Source: the human T2T-CHM13v2.0 reference genome, Homo sapiens
NCBI RefSeq assembly: GCF_009914755.1
Contig: NC_060941.1
DNA: 64,000 nt
Reading direction: 5' to 3' (one strand)
The notes beneath the pieces are model-generated. The model worked only from the letters and a program-made list of their open reading frames with translations. It was not told where the DNA came from and ran no database searches. The translations under genes were made by a program, and so were the position numbers. This document shows, one piece after another, positions 1 through 17,465 of this stretch. The first letter of the stretch is position 1. The number at the start of each line of letters is the position of its first letter.

Positions 1-227
1 ATGGCGCGATCTCCGGCTCACCACAACCTCGGCCTCCCTGGTTCAAATGATTCTCCTGCCTCGGCCTCCGGAATAGCTGGGATTACAGGCATGTGCCACC
101 ACACCCAGTTAATTTTGTATTTTTAGTACATGTTGGTCAGGTTGGTTTCAAACTCACAGCCTCAGGTGATCCACCCACCTTGGCCTCCCAAAGTGCTGGG
201 ATTACAGGCGTGAGCCACCACACCCAG
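1..227 (-). mobile_element. AluS, partial (cut by window edge)
   Basis: Reverse-complement Alu consensus (...cccaaagtgctgggattacaggcgtgagccacc). Confidence 0.95.
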
Positions 228-231
228 TTTA

Positions 232-330
232 TCCATCCCCATTTTATAAAGAAATTGAGACTCAGAGATAAAAGGACTTGTTCAAGGTCACACAAGTGCC
301 CTGGAGGCAACTGATTCAAATCCTAACCTT
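232..330 (-). mobile_element. MIR fragment
   Basis: cccattttataaagaaattgagactcagag...gacttgttcaaggtcacac matches the MIR core. Confidence 0.75.
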
Positions 331-537
331 TTGAGGCAATTAGCAGCAGTTTCAGCCTGGTTTCCTAATTCACTGATGGGGTTAGGGAGGGTAGGCAGAT
401 AACTTCCTTTGGCCACTGGTGGCTTCAAGTTTTTACTGCGGAGTTCTGCCTTCAGCCAGGTGGTGGGAGTGCCAAAGCTCGTGGGTGCTACCTAGAAACC
501 GCCTTTGTGAAAAAGCTGTAGAAACTCCTAAAAGCCA

Positions 538-872
<335 letters not shown>

Positions 873-1110
873 CTACCTCTCTTTCAGCTTTCTTTACTTT
901 CCCTTTTCCTTGTACCAGTGAGTTGGATGATCAGTCAGGTACCTAAACATGGGGATAGAAAGGGAATGGGAAACCCATCCCCCATTCGGTTAAGACCTCT
1001 GCCCAGCACATGGGCTGTAGATCCTCTTCTCCTCATGTGAGTTTCACCTTAGGACTCAAGTCAGCCAACCTGGCAGAGATCTTGTGAACAGGAGTCATCT
1101 TAGGTGACAG

Positions 1111-1856
1111 TGTAACCGCCCAAGGGGTTCGCCTTGTCTGCTGCCTAGGATAGCCGATTTATCAAGACAGGGTAATTGTAATAGAGAAAGAATAATTCAT
1201 GCAGAGCCAGCTGTGCTGGAGACTGGAGTTTTATTATTACTCAAATCAGTCTCCCTCAAAACTCTTTTATTATTACTCAAATCTGTCTCCCCAAAAACTC
1301 GGGGATCCGAGTTTTTAAGGATAATTTGGTGGGTAGTGGCCAGTGAATCGGGAGTGCTGATTGGTTGGCTCAGGGATGAAATCATAGGGAGTGGAAGCTG
1401 TTCTCTTCTGCTGAGTCAGTTCCTGGGTGGGGGGCCACAGAACTGGTTGGCAGGTCCAGGTGGGGCCCTCTGGTTGTTAGAAATGGAAAAACCTGAAAAG
1501 ACATCTCGAAAGGCCGATCTTAGGTTCACAATAGTGATGTTACCTTCAAGAGTAATTTAGGGAAGTTGCAAATCTTATAACCTCCGGAATAATGGCTGGT
1601 AATATTTAGAATTCCAGCCCCTTTCATCTTGACTTGGTGGCTGGTGGCCTTTCATTAGTTTTACCAGAACAGTTTAGCCATTTGGGAAGGGCTATTATAT
1701 AAACTATACACTAAATTTCTTTCCAAAGCTAGTTCGGCCTACGCTTAGGAATGAACAAGGACAGTTGAGAAGTTAGAAACAAGATGGGGTCAGTTAGGTC
1801 TGATATCTTTTACTATCATAATTTTCTCAGTTATGATTTTTGCAAAGGTGGTTTCA
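1111..1856 (-). mobile_element. Solo ERV1 LTR, LTR8 family (LTR8/LTR8A)
   Basis: Ends tgtaaccgcccaaggggttc... and ...tgcaaaggtggtttca are the reverse complement of LTR8 termini; 4-bp TSD acag/atag. Confidence 0.9.
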
Positions 1857-1966
1857 ATAGGGCTCACTTGAGTTCCTGGTGAACCCTGACTCAGGCTGCC
1901 AGGGACAGCTCAATCCACCTGGTCTTCAAAAGAGGGTGTGTCACTTGCCCAAGGTTTCAGTGTTAG

Positions 1967-2488
<522 letters not shown>

Positions 2489-2544
2489 AGCATTCCCATT
2501 TTCACACATGAAAAAAGCAGAAGCTCTGGGACATTAAGAAAGCG

Positions 2545-2815
2545 CCTTGCGGGGAGCAGGGAGGAGGGGCCAAGGTTGAAAACCCATGTATTGGGTACTG
2601 TGTGCTCACTTCCTGAGTGACAGGTTTAGTCATACTCCAGACCTCAGCATAACACAATATAGCTATGTGTTGTTGTTGTTTGTTGTTGTTGTTGCTGTTT
2701 TTGAGACAGAGTCTCGCTCAGTTCCCAGGCTGGAGTGCAGTGGGGTGATCTCAGCTCCCTATATACCTTTATAATCTGCATGTGTATCCCTGGAATCTAA
2801 AATAAAAGCTGAAAG
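2545..2815 (+). mobile_element. L1 3' end (L1PB/L1MA-like), interrupted by a short antisense Alu fragment (~2669-2760)
   Basis: ggttgaaaa..tattgggtactgtgtgctcac...ctcagcataacacaatata...tgcatgtgtatccctggaatctaaaataaaag. Confidence 0.8.
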
Positions 2816-3144
2816 ACAAAAACAAACAAACAAAAAACAAAGAAAGCGTCTTGCCCAAGGGCTCCGTGTGGCAAGTGGTGGTCAGGCTGGATGGTGGGTG
2901 CAGGTCTGCACTGCTCTATCTGCCCCCCAAAAGCAGAAGGACAGGGCCCTCAGTGATCTGAGGACTGATGAGGGTGGGCTCAGGAGGAAGAGGCCACCGA
3001 GGGTGTCCTCGTGCTGGCAATTCTGCAAGATGTGTTGCAGGGCATTCTGCGACTAAAACCTTGTGCTGGGGGTTAGTGACCAGGGCTGACTAGACCCCTT
3101 TCTTGGCTTCACAGTTCCCTTCCAAGACAACGAAAAGCACATAC

Positions 3145-3335
3145 TGCATGCTCAGCACTAAGAGGCTCCACTTACTTCATTCTCACATCAGCCCTGTAAT
3201 CTACTCATTCTCCCATTTTACAGATGAGAAACAGGAGGAACAGGATGTATGTAACTTGCCCAAGGTCACAGAGCCAAGAGGTGGCTGAAGCCAGACTTGA
3301 ACCCAGGCATTCAGCTAAGAAACTGCATTCTTAAG
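3145..3335 (-). mobile_element. MIR
   Basis: cccattttacagatgagaaacaggag...gtaacttgcccaaggtcacagag...gacttgaacccagg. Confidence 0.85.
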
Positions 3336-3574
3336 CAAAACATCACAAGACCTGCTCTAGAGAAAGTGTTCCTGCCTCCTGCTAGGCAAGGTGATGCCCT
3401 AGGGGAAAGGAAGGAGGAGAAAGGTTTGTGTTCTTAAATTAAGTATTTTCTTTAGGGATCGCACCTTTTGACCTACTAAGGTTGAGAATTCCTTGAGTTT
3501 TGGCTTAGAGAACAGTCTGACTTGCAATCAGGGTAGCTGAGTTTGAACTTGTGTGACTTGAAACAAGATGCTCT

Positions 3575-3916
<342 letters not shown>

Positions 3917-4614
3917 TAGACAAGTTGCTCCCCTTTGGACCTCATCTCCCTACTTGGGCAGAAGCTTGTCAAGATCTGACTGGTTTTGAGGATCCTTTGT
4001 TATTTAAAGAGACTAGAGAGGGAGTCTTGGTTGGCTCCCCCTGCTCCACAGCATAGTAGAAGCAAAACTGCCTCCAAGAACCCTCATTTCCAAACCAGAG
4101 CTAGCCTGAGCGTTTCCTCTCCTCAGAGCCCCAGAAGAGGTCCAAAGGGCAAGGCTAGAGCAGGGACAGGGGCTAGAGGGATCTCAGGAAGTACAGGAGG
4201 AGCTGGGGGCAGAAACATCTCTGCTCCCTTCTCTGCACAGGCAGCAGCCTGCCTGGTCACCTGGGTCCCCAGCCCAAGGACGGCTCTGTAATAAACACTT
4301 TTGAAATATTCTGGCCTGTGTCCTAGAGTTCACTCAAACGCGCAGAAACCTGTCTGCTTCCCCTGTGGCACTCGGGCATTCACCAAATCTGCCTCCCATC
4401 CACTTCCCCCTAGAGTAAGGCTTAGTTTTATTTTCCAACCCTGGGCTGTGAATTGGTCCTCCAAAGTCTAGTAACTGGCTCACGTATCACCCTGTGGCTC
4501 TGGCTAGCCTGCTAAACCTGAGTTTTGAATTGACCTTTAATTGCTCTAAATGTGCTACCCCACCCCACCCCATCCTGGGAAGATTCGGGCAATGATATAG
4601 ATCAAGGCTTAGAT

Positions 4615-4923
<309 letters not shown>

Positions 4924-5119
4924 AAGGCTCAGATCTTTGGAGCCAGATCCTGCAGGTAGTGGTGGACAGTCTATATTCTCCTGCCCTCCCAGGCATCCCT
5001 GCAACATGGCATTCATTTGCTTGTGCTCTCATTCATTCAATGAATATAATGAAATTAACTGCATCCGGCCCTGGGAAATATGATATTGAACAAGACATAG
5101 ATCCTGCCCTCTAGGAGCC

Positions 5120-5418
5120 TTTTTTTTTTTTCTTTTTTTTTTTCTGACAGGATCTCACTCTGTTGCCCAGGCTGGAGTTCAGAGGCGCGTGCAGTCATGG
5201 CTCACTGCAGCCTCGAAAGACTCAAGCTATTCTCATACCTCGGCCTCCCGAGTAGCTGGGACTACAGATGTGCATCACTATGTCTGATAAAAATTTGTTT
5301 GTATTTTTTGTAGATGGGGTTTCGCCATGTTGCCCAGGATGATCTTGAACTCCCAGGCTCCTCCTACCTTGGCCTCCCAAAGTGCTGAGATTACAGGTGT
5401 GAGCCACCTTGCCTGGCC
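5120..5418 (-). mobile_element. AluJ (diverged)
   Basis: cactgcagcctcg and tgttgcccagg J-type features. Confidence 0.85.
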
Positions 5419-5432
5419 TCAGAAGTTTATAG

Positions 5433-5855
<423 letters not shown>

Positions 5856-6373
5856 ATTGTCCCATCCACTTCTTGTTATTGGTTGCTGTGGGCGGTCCCC
5901 TCCTCTCACCCCTCCACCTGCCCTTGGCAGCTTAGAGATGATACCCCATCTACATCCCTCCTTCCCTGCCTTCCCCAATCCCAGGCCCCTCTCCCTACAA
6001 CAGACTCACCCTGACAGAGCTGTCCACTGTCCTCCTCACTTAGCAGCAATAATGGGGGGACCATGGCAGGGGAAACAGGACAGAGAAGTGAGTGAACAAA
6101 CAAACGAACCCATTTTCTGTCATCCAGCAGATACCCACAACAGGTGAAGGAGAGAAAGCAGTCCCACAGACACCCTTCTCTGCTGGAAAGTCCTTCCTAT
6201 CTGACTCCAGTCCCACTTGCTGGAGGAGTTCCCCTCATTTTGTTTCTGAGACAGCCTTCTTCTGTGTAACAACTATTCAGAGACTTGAAATCTGCCTCTC
6301 TGGTTTCTTCTGTCTTTGCAAATGTCACATTAAAGAGAACAAGGTAACTTGGTCTCTGCCTGCCTTGTGTTAA

Positions 6374-6751
<378 letters not shown>

Positions 6752-6769
6752 TAGTTTCAAAAGAAAACC

Positions 6770-7086
6770 ACAGGCCCTTTGCACTTGCTATAGCCTCTGC
6801 CCAGGGTATTTCCCAACCCATCCATGGCTCCTCACTGAGCTCAGGGCTGAGCTACAAGGAAGCTTGTCCTGCTCTCCCTGTCCCTCCCCACCCCAGGATC
6901 AGGAGCTCCCACATTACACAGCTCCACAGCACCTTTACACTTCTCCTGGGTGATTAATTAATGTCTTCCTCCTGTCAGCTTTGAGAGGACAGCGATCGCA
7001 GTAGCTTTGTTCTCATAGAATCCCCGGTGCCTAGCACAGGCCTTGGCCCATAGTAGCTGCACAGATAAATATTTGTTGCTTGAATG
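6770..7086 (+). mobile_element. L2 3' region fragments
   Basis: ggccctttgcacttgct...; atccccggtgcctagcacaggccttggcccatagtag...ataaatatttgttg..tgaatg (L2 tail). Confidence 0.75.
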
Positions 7087-7393
7087 TCTGTAGGATTCTC
7101 AATCTAGTCAACTTGTATAGGCTGTTGTCTTAGACCTGGAACCAGACCAAAGCAAGCTGGCCCAACCTTGGTTGTGTCCTAATTTGGCCATCTGACTATG
7201 AATATGCTAACAAATGACAGGCTTAGCCTCCAGCATTTCTTCCATTCCTTCCCTGGAGCAAGCTCCCCCACCAGCAATCTTCCCAGCCCTAAGGCAGGTC
7301 TGTGTTGATGGGGCTAGAGGCCAGAGGACTGGTTGATCTGATCACTCAATTCCTTCTGCCTAACTTCAGAAGCTTCTTCCAAAATAAGAGACC

Positions 7394-7560
7394 TTTTTTT
7401 TTGGATTTTTTTTTTTTTAAGATGGAGTCTTATTCTGTCGCCCAGGCTGGAGTATAGTGGCACGATCTCCGCTCACTGCAACTTTTGCCTCCTGGGCTCA
7501 AGTTATTCTCCTGCCTCAGCCTCCTAAGTAGCTGGGACTACAGGTGCGTGACACCACACC

Positions 7561-7618
<58 letters not shown>

Positions 7619-7746
7619 GTATTTTTAGTAGAGACAGGGTTTCACCATGTTGGCCATGGCTGGTCTCGAACTCCTGACCTCAACTGATCTGCCCACCTCA
7701 GCCTTCCAAAATGCTGGGATTATAGGCATGAGCCACGGCTCCCAGT
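7394..7746 (-). mobile_element. AluS with (TA)19 (7565-7602) in the linker
   Basis: Alu consensus; TSD gagaccttt. Confidence 0.95.
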
Positions 7747-7774
7747 GGAGACCTTTATGTTTTTAATGGGTTGT

Positions 7775-7915
7775 GTAGCCCACAAAACACCCTTTGTCAT
7801 TCTCACTATTTTTCTGATAAGGAAAATGAGACTTAGGGAGATGAGGTGACAAGTCCAAGGTCATACAGTTAGGAAGGTGGCTAAGGCAACACTTGAAGTC
7901 TTGTGAAACCAGCTG
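7775..7915 (-). mobile_element. MIR
   Basis: gataaggaaaatgagacttagggagatgaggtgacaagtccaaggtcatacag. Confidence 0.75.
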
Positions 7916-8121
7916 GTTTTCTGCAGGGGATGTGCCAACCAGCAAAGATTCTCAGATTCTGGGCTTTTTGGCAGTTGTTTGATTCTTTTTTTTCATTCAT
8001 TCATTCATTCATTCATTCACTAATTTGTTTAGGAGATATAAGCTCCAGTCATTGCCTTCAAGGAGGCCAAAGTCTCAGTTTGGCATTTTGAATCTAAGGT
8101 CTGGTAATGGTCTGAAATGAT

Positions 8122-8680
<559 letters not shown>

Positions 8681-9044
8681 GATTTTATATATATTTTAGT
8701 GTTTATGTACATATGTGCATTTTTCTTGCAAACTTTCTTTTTTTCTTTTTTAATTGCTTGGCAGAGCATTGAACTTGCAAACTTTCAGAGGGTTCCATGA
8801 CACCCTGTCCCCTGACCTCCCTTCATTGCAAAAAGGTTAAGAACTGCTGGTATAACGAATGCTATGCAGTGTAAACAGATGGCAGCCCATGTACTCATCA
8901 GTATCTCCTGCCTGTTTGGGTGACTGAGGCCCCAGCATGTGACCATCTCTGGCCCAAGTGATAACCTGGGTGTCCGCACCTCATGACCCATCCACGGCAC
9001 TGCTGACCTGTGACAGCTCCTCTCAGAAGATCAAACACATAGAA

Positions 9045-9046
<2 letters not shown>

Positions 9047-9076
<30 letters not shown>
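9047..9076. repeat. (CA)n microsatellite
   Basis: Perfect CA run. Confidence 0.97.
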
Positions 9077-9081
<5 letters not shown>

Positions 9082-9136
9082 TGCACTGACTCCAACACCC
9101 CCAGATTCACAACTGCTCTTGAATCCAGAGAGATCC

Positions 9137-10064
9137 TGTAACCATCTAATGGGTTCGCCTTGCCCATTGCCTAGACAGAGCCGATTCCTCAAAACAGGGA
9201 AATTGCAATAAGGAAAGAGTAATCCACACAGAGACAGTTATGCAGGAGACCGGAGTTTCATTATTACTCAAATCAGTCTCCTTGAGCATTTGGGGAGCAG
9301 AGTTTTTAAGGACAACTTTTGAGGGGGGGTTGCGGGGGTGAAGCCAGTGAGCCAGGAGTGCTGATTGGTCAGGGATGAAATCATAGGCAGTCGAAGCTGT
9401 CTTCTTGCTCTTAGTCAGTTCCCCAATGGGGGCCACAAGATCAGATGAGCTCATTTATCTACCTGGGTGGTGCCAGCTGATCCATCAAGTGCAGGGTCTG
9501 CAAAGTATCTCAAGCACTGATCTTAGGAGCAGTTTAGGGAGGGTCAGAACTTTGTAGCCTCCAGCGGCATGACTCCTGAACCATAATTTCTAATCTCGTG
9601 GCTAATGTTAGTCCTACAAAGGCAATCTAGTCCCCAAGCAAGAAGGAGATCTGCTTTGGGAAAGGGCTGTTATCATCTTTGTTTTCAACTATAAACTATG
9701 AACTGAGTTTCTCCCAAAGTTAGTTCAGCCTATGCCCAGGAATGAACAAGGACAGCTTGGAGGTTAGAAGCAAGATGGAGTTGGCCGGGCGCGGTGGCTC
9801 ACGCCTGTAATCCCAGCACTTTGGGAGGCCGAGGCGGGTGGATCACCTGAGGTGGGGAGTTCGAGACCAGCTTGACCAACATGGAGAAACCCCATCTCTA
9901 CTAAAAATACAAAATTAGCCGAGATCGCACCATTGCACTCCAATCTGGACAAAACAAGAGCGAAACTCCATCTCAAAAAAAAAAAAAAAAAAAAGAGCAA
10001 GGTAGAGTTGAGTAATTTAGATCTCTTTTACTGTTTCAGTCATAATTTTGCAAATGCTCTTCCA
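9137..10064 (-). mobile_element. Solo LTR8, interrupted by an Alu
   Basis: tgtaaccatctaatgggttcgccttgccc...; ...aggaatgaacaaggacagcttggaggttagaagcaagatggag...cagtcataattttgcaaa; probable TSD atcc/ttcc. Confidence 0.9.
9783..9993 (+). mobile_element. AluSp/Sq with ~90-bp internal deletion
   Basis: aaaattagccgagatcgcacc junction; TSD agcaag(a/g)t(g/a)gagtt. Confidence 0.93.
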
Positions 10065-10073
10065 TTCCCTTGA

Positions 10074-10446
<373 letters not shown>

Positions 10447-10586
10447 CGTGATGGCTACATATTGAAGGCTTGTGTGTGTCAGATCCTATGATCCTTACAC
10501 CTTCATGTCTTATTTTTTCTATTTCTTTTTTTTTTTAAATTAAGAGTGTCCATACTAGTACTAACTTGCTCTCAAGTTTCTAAATG

Positions 10587-11203
<617 letters not shown>

Positions 11204-11342
11204 CCCTCATGTCTTTTAATCCCCACAACAGGCCTGTGAGGTTTGGAACTTGCCCCATTCACATGGCTGGGAAGAGATGGAGGTGAATAAGAGAGCATTG
11301 TGGGGGTCAGTGGGGGGTGTGAAGAAACCTGAATGTGTTTAA

Positions 11343-11758
<416 letters not shown>

Positions 11759-11783
11759 TAAGTGCCAGGTATGTGTTGGGGAC

Positions 11784-12300
11784 TGTGGTGACCAGCTTCC
11801 AAGATAGCCTGATGTTGCCCACCTCCTGATGTCTGCACCCTTGGGTAGTCCCCTGCCAGCAGGACCAGGAAGCAAAGGACCATCACTTCCAACATTAGGT
11901 TATGAGAGACTGCGGCTCCTGCCTTGGATGCTCTCTCACTCTCTTGCCCTCCCTCTTCTTTGCTTGCCCGCTCTGGGGCAAACAAGCTGCCACAGTGTAA
12001 GCAGCCCTATAGAGAGACCCACATGGGAAGGAGCCAAAGCCCCTGCCAATAGCCAGTGAGGAACTTGGGTCTGCCAAGCACCACATGGGTGACCCTGGAC
12101 ACAGCCTGGTCAGGCTCCAGCCCTGGTCAGGTCAACGTGTGAGCCTGGACACAGCCAGGTCAACCCTCCAGCCCTGGTCAGGCCTTGAGATGACTGCAAC
12201 CTCATGAGGACCCTGCTTGCAGAAACTGGGAGACAATAAATGCTTAGTGTTGTAGGCTGCTAAGTTATGAGGGTAATTCGTTACACAGAAATAGAAAACT
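11784..12300 (+). mobile_element. MaLR LTR, MLT1F-like
   Basis: ccagcttccaagat...cccacctcctg; caagctgcca..gcagccctatagagagacccacatgg; caataaatg...gctaagtt..gggtaattcgttacacag. Confidence 0.8.
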
Positions 12301-13473
<1,173 letters not shown>

Positions 13474-13537
13474 TTAGAGAGCAGTAAGTGCTTTGGAGAA
13501 AATTAAAGCAGGGAAATGGGGTAGACATGAGAGAGGC

Positions 13538-13870
<333 letters not shown>

Positions 13871-14345
13871 AATTGCAATTTGCATGCAGGAATACTGACA
13901 TTTCAGAGGTCTTCCAATAGTTATTGGGATAACCGGTAAACAATCTAACTCCAGCTTAGTGGCTGTAGTTGTAGGTTGTTATTTCTGGTTTCCCTCTTTG
14001 GAGCAAGCAACATACAAAGTGTGTCTCCATAGCACAGCAGAAAATGCCAAAATAAGGACTTGACCTGTCCATTTGGCTTGTCTTTCCTCCTGGTAACAGA
14101 CTTGTTGCTCATAAGTGACCCACGGCCTGAGGACGCCCTCCTCCTATGCCCTTCTCCCCCTCAACCCAAGGATGCCTGCTTTGTCCTAGAGTGCATCCTT
14201 AGAGCCTGCTGGGGCTCCCCGCCAGCAGACCCATGGCCATAGCTACCATATTGACCAAATCAAGATGGACAGACAGTGCAGCAAGCCTGAAGTTATACTT
14301 AGAGGATGAAGGGACATCTGGGCTTTCCTAGAAAATGGAAGGCAT

Positions 14346-14953
<608 letters not shown>

Positions 14954-15019
14954 AGAAAATGGAAGGCACAAAGTAGTCAAATACCTCTCAAGACACCCAT
15001 ACATCCTGGAGGGCCAGAG

Positions 15020-15495
15020 GAGTCATTCATGTATTCATTTGCACATTCTTCCAACAAATATATTTGGAAAACCTACTGTGTGCCAGGACCAGGCTAGCGA
15101 CTAAAAAATAACGATAAGAGGAAGCTTCGGCCCTGGGAGCACTTATAGCTGGCAGCAAGTAGACCAGTGCACAGACAAGGGCGTGGTGCTTCTGGTGAAC
15201 TCAGGAGGGACACCCATCCCAGTCCAAAGGGAGGACCAGGGAGGGAGTGTCTGTGATGTCACAGGAGGGTTCCATGAGCAATAACTTATAAGCTGAGACC
15301 TGCAGGATGAACAGGAGTTAGGTGAAGAGGAGAACGATGTCCAGGCAGGGGCCGGGGAAGCTCGTGCCAAGGCACTGAGGTGAGAGAAGTGGTAGAAAAG
15401 GCAGAGCTTGGAGGGTCTTTTGAGCTTCATCTGTAAGGGCTGTGGGGAAACACTGAAGGTTTGGAGTCAGGGAGTGACACAATCTCATTTGCATT
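15020..15495 (-). mobile_element. L2 fragment
   Basis: tcattcat..caacaaatatatttg..acctactgtgtgccagg; gagctgagacctgcaggatgaacaggagttagg; cagggagtgacacaatc. Confidence 0.75.
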
Positions 15496-16072
15496 TTATT
15501 TTATTTTGATTTTGATTTTTTTGAGTCGGAGTCTCCCTCTGTCACCCAAGCTGGAGTGCAGTAGAAGCAGGATCTCAGCTCACTGCAGCCTCCGCCTCCT
15601 GGGTTCAAGTGATCCTCCTGCCTCAGCCTCCCAAGTAGCTGAGATTACAGGTGCCTGCCACCACGCCAGGCTAATTTGTTTGTATTTTTAGTAGAGATGG
15701 GATTTCACCACATTGCCCAGGCTGCTCTTGAACTCCTGACCTCAAGTGATCCACCCACCTCGGCCTCCCAAAGTGCTAGGATTACAGGTGTGAGCCACCG
15801 CACCTGGCCTATGTTTTATTTTATTTTATTTTGGAGACAGGGTCTGGCTCTGTTGCCCAAGTTGGAGTGCGGTGGCATGATCTCAGCTCACTGCAGCCTT
15901 GACCTCCCTGGCTCAAGCAGTCTTCTCACCTCAGCCTCCCAAGTAGCTAGGTCTAATTGGTCACCATACCCAGCTAATTTTTAATTTTTTTTTGTAGAGA
16001 TGGAGTCTTGCTATGTTGCCCAGGCTGGTCTTGAACTCCTGGTCCCAAGAGATGCTCTCCCCTTAGCCTCCC
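15496..16072 (-). mobile_element. AluS (~15496-15809) plus truncated AluJ (~15812-16072)
   Basis: Alu consensus. Confidence 0.92.
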
Positions 16073-16074
16073 CA

Positions 16075-16149
16075 GGCACATTTGCATTTTAGAAACATTG
16101 GCATATTTGCATTTTAGAAACATCGGCACATTTGCATTTTAGAAACATC
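16075..16149. repeat. 3 x 25-bp tandem repeat, each unit with an ATTTGCAT octamer
   Basis: ggca(c/t)atttgcattttagaaacat(t/c) at 16075, 16100, 16125. Confidence 0.97.
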
Positions 16150-16999
16150 ACTTTTGTTGCTATTATTGATACCCTCAACACACAGACACACACACACATT
16201 TTGTGGCCTGTGGCTGAACATGCATGGCTGAGGCAGGGGCCTTTAGGGAGACCATAGCCCCGGCTGACCCAGTCCCCAGGGTGTTGGGGGAATAATGACA
16301 GCCTATCCTCTTCTCTGCACCCCACCCCATCCAGCAGACTTCAGGGTCAGGTTCTGAGGGCTGCTATATTGGGCTTTGGTGGGTGAGGGCTTTATCCCAC
16401 CTCTGTCTGCATTGGGTCAGCTTCTCCCTGGGATGGAGGGATTCGTTGTATCTTCAGGGTGGCAGGGCCTCCTCCCCAGAGCCACAGTGCCCAAGATAAC
16501 AGGGCAGCCCGGGAGCTGTTTATGAAAAGGCAGGCAAGGAGGGGTGGGCAGGGCCCTGGGGAACAGGGACTGCTGTCACAGATAGCAATTGGGGCGGAGA
16601 AGGCTGTCTAAATTACAGCTCCCAGAATAGAGGGGCCCAGAGGGAGTGGCGGGGCGTCCTACCAAAGAAGCCCTGGAAGCCTGCCAGGCATGTCCGGGCT
16701 CCAGGCCCTGCCGCAGGCAGAGGCAGGATGACCACATGCCGGGTGCGGCCCCAGGAGATGCAATTCATCTGCCAGGGCCACCGGGCAGCTTCAAGGTGGG
16801 GCCAGGCAGTGGCAGGGAGTTTCTTGGGGGCTGGGAGAGAACCAGCCTAGTGTGACCTTCAAGAAAGGTTGAGGGTGGTGAGGGGAGGGAAGGGCTAGGA
16901 TGAGGGTTGGCTGACATCTTGCCTGCCCCCAGAGGAGACTCTCCATTACACGCCTCTGTGGATATTTCATAGAAGTGTGAAATACTCTGAAAATAACAA

Positions 17000-17460
17000 G
17001 AATGACAGGCATACAAAATAACAAGAATGACAAGCAGCCGTGTGTCAGGCAGCACTCTCAACAATAACATACATCACTTCAGTTCACCCTCCCAGCTCCC
17101 ACGAGTTAGTTATTATCATCCCCATTTTATAGATGTAGAAACCGAGGCACCAAGAGGTCAAGTACTTGCCAAGGAGAATTGGTGAGTGGTAGACCTAGGA
17201 CTTGAACCTGGGTGTGTCTGACTCTAGAGCCTAGACTCAGTCAGGGAATCTATTTGGAGCCCTTCTCCTCCCTGGGGCTCAGTTTTCTCATCTCTCACAT
17301 GGGATCATAGTCTGTTGCTCTGTACCAGCCTCCCAAGAGCTGTGTCAGAATCACATGGGGACAGGTGTGATGTGCTGGGAAGAGCGTCAAGCACGAAGGC
17401 CTGCCTGAACTATGTGACTTATCCGCTCTAAGCCTGTTTCCTCGCTCGCAAAATGGAGAT
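17000..17460. mobile_element. MIR fragments in both orientations
   Basis: cccattttatagatgtagaaaccgaggc (minus); ctcagttttctcatct and cctgtttcctcgctcgcaaaatggagataat (plus). Confidence 0.75.
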
Positions 17461-17465
17461 AATTG

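Noticed and set aside
495-515. gaaaccgcctttg resembling an LTR8 5' terminus
   Set aside because: The match does not extend beyond ~13-18 nt
10545-10570. 5S rRNA-like motif (minus strand gttagtactagtatgg)
   Set aside because: Only a 9-nt exact core; flanks do not match 5S
16075-16149. CRISPR-like array
   Set aside because: Head-to-tail tandem units without unique spacers, in primate DNA
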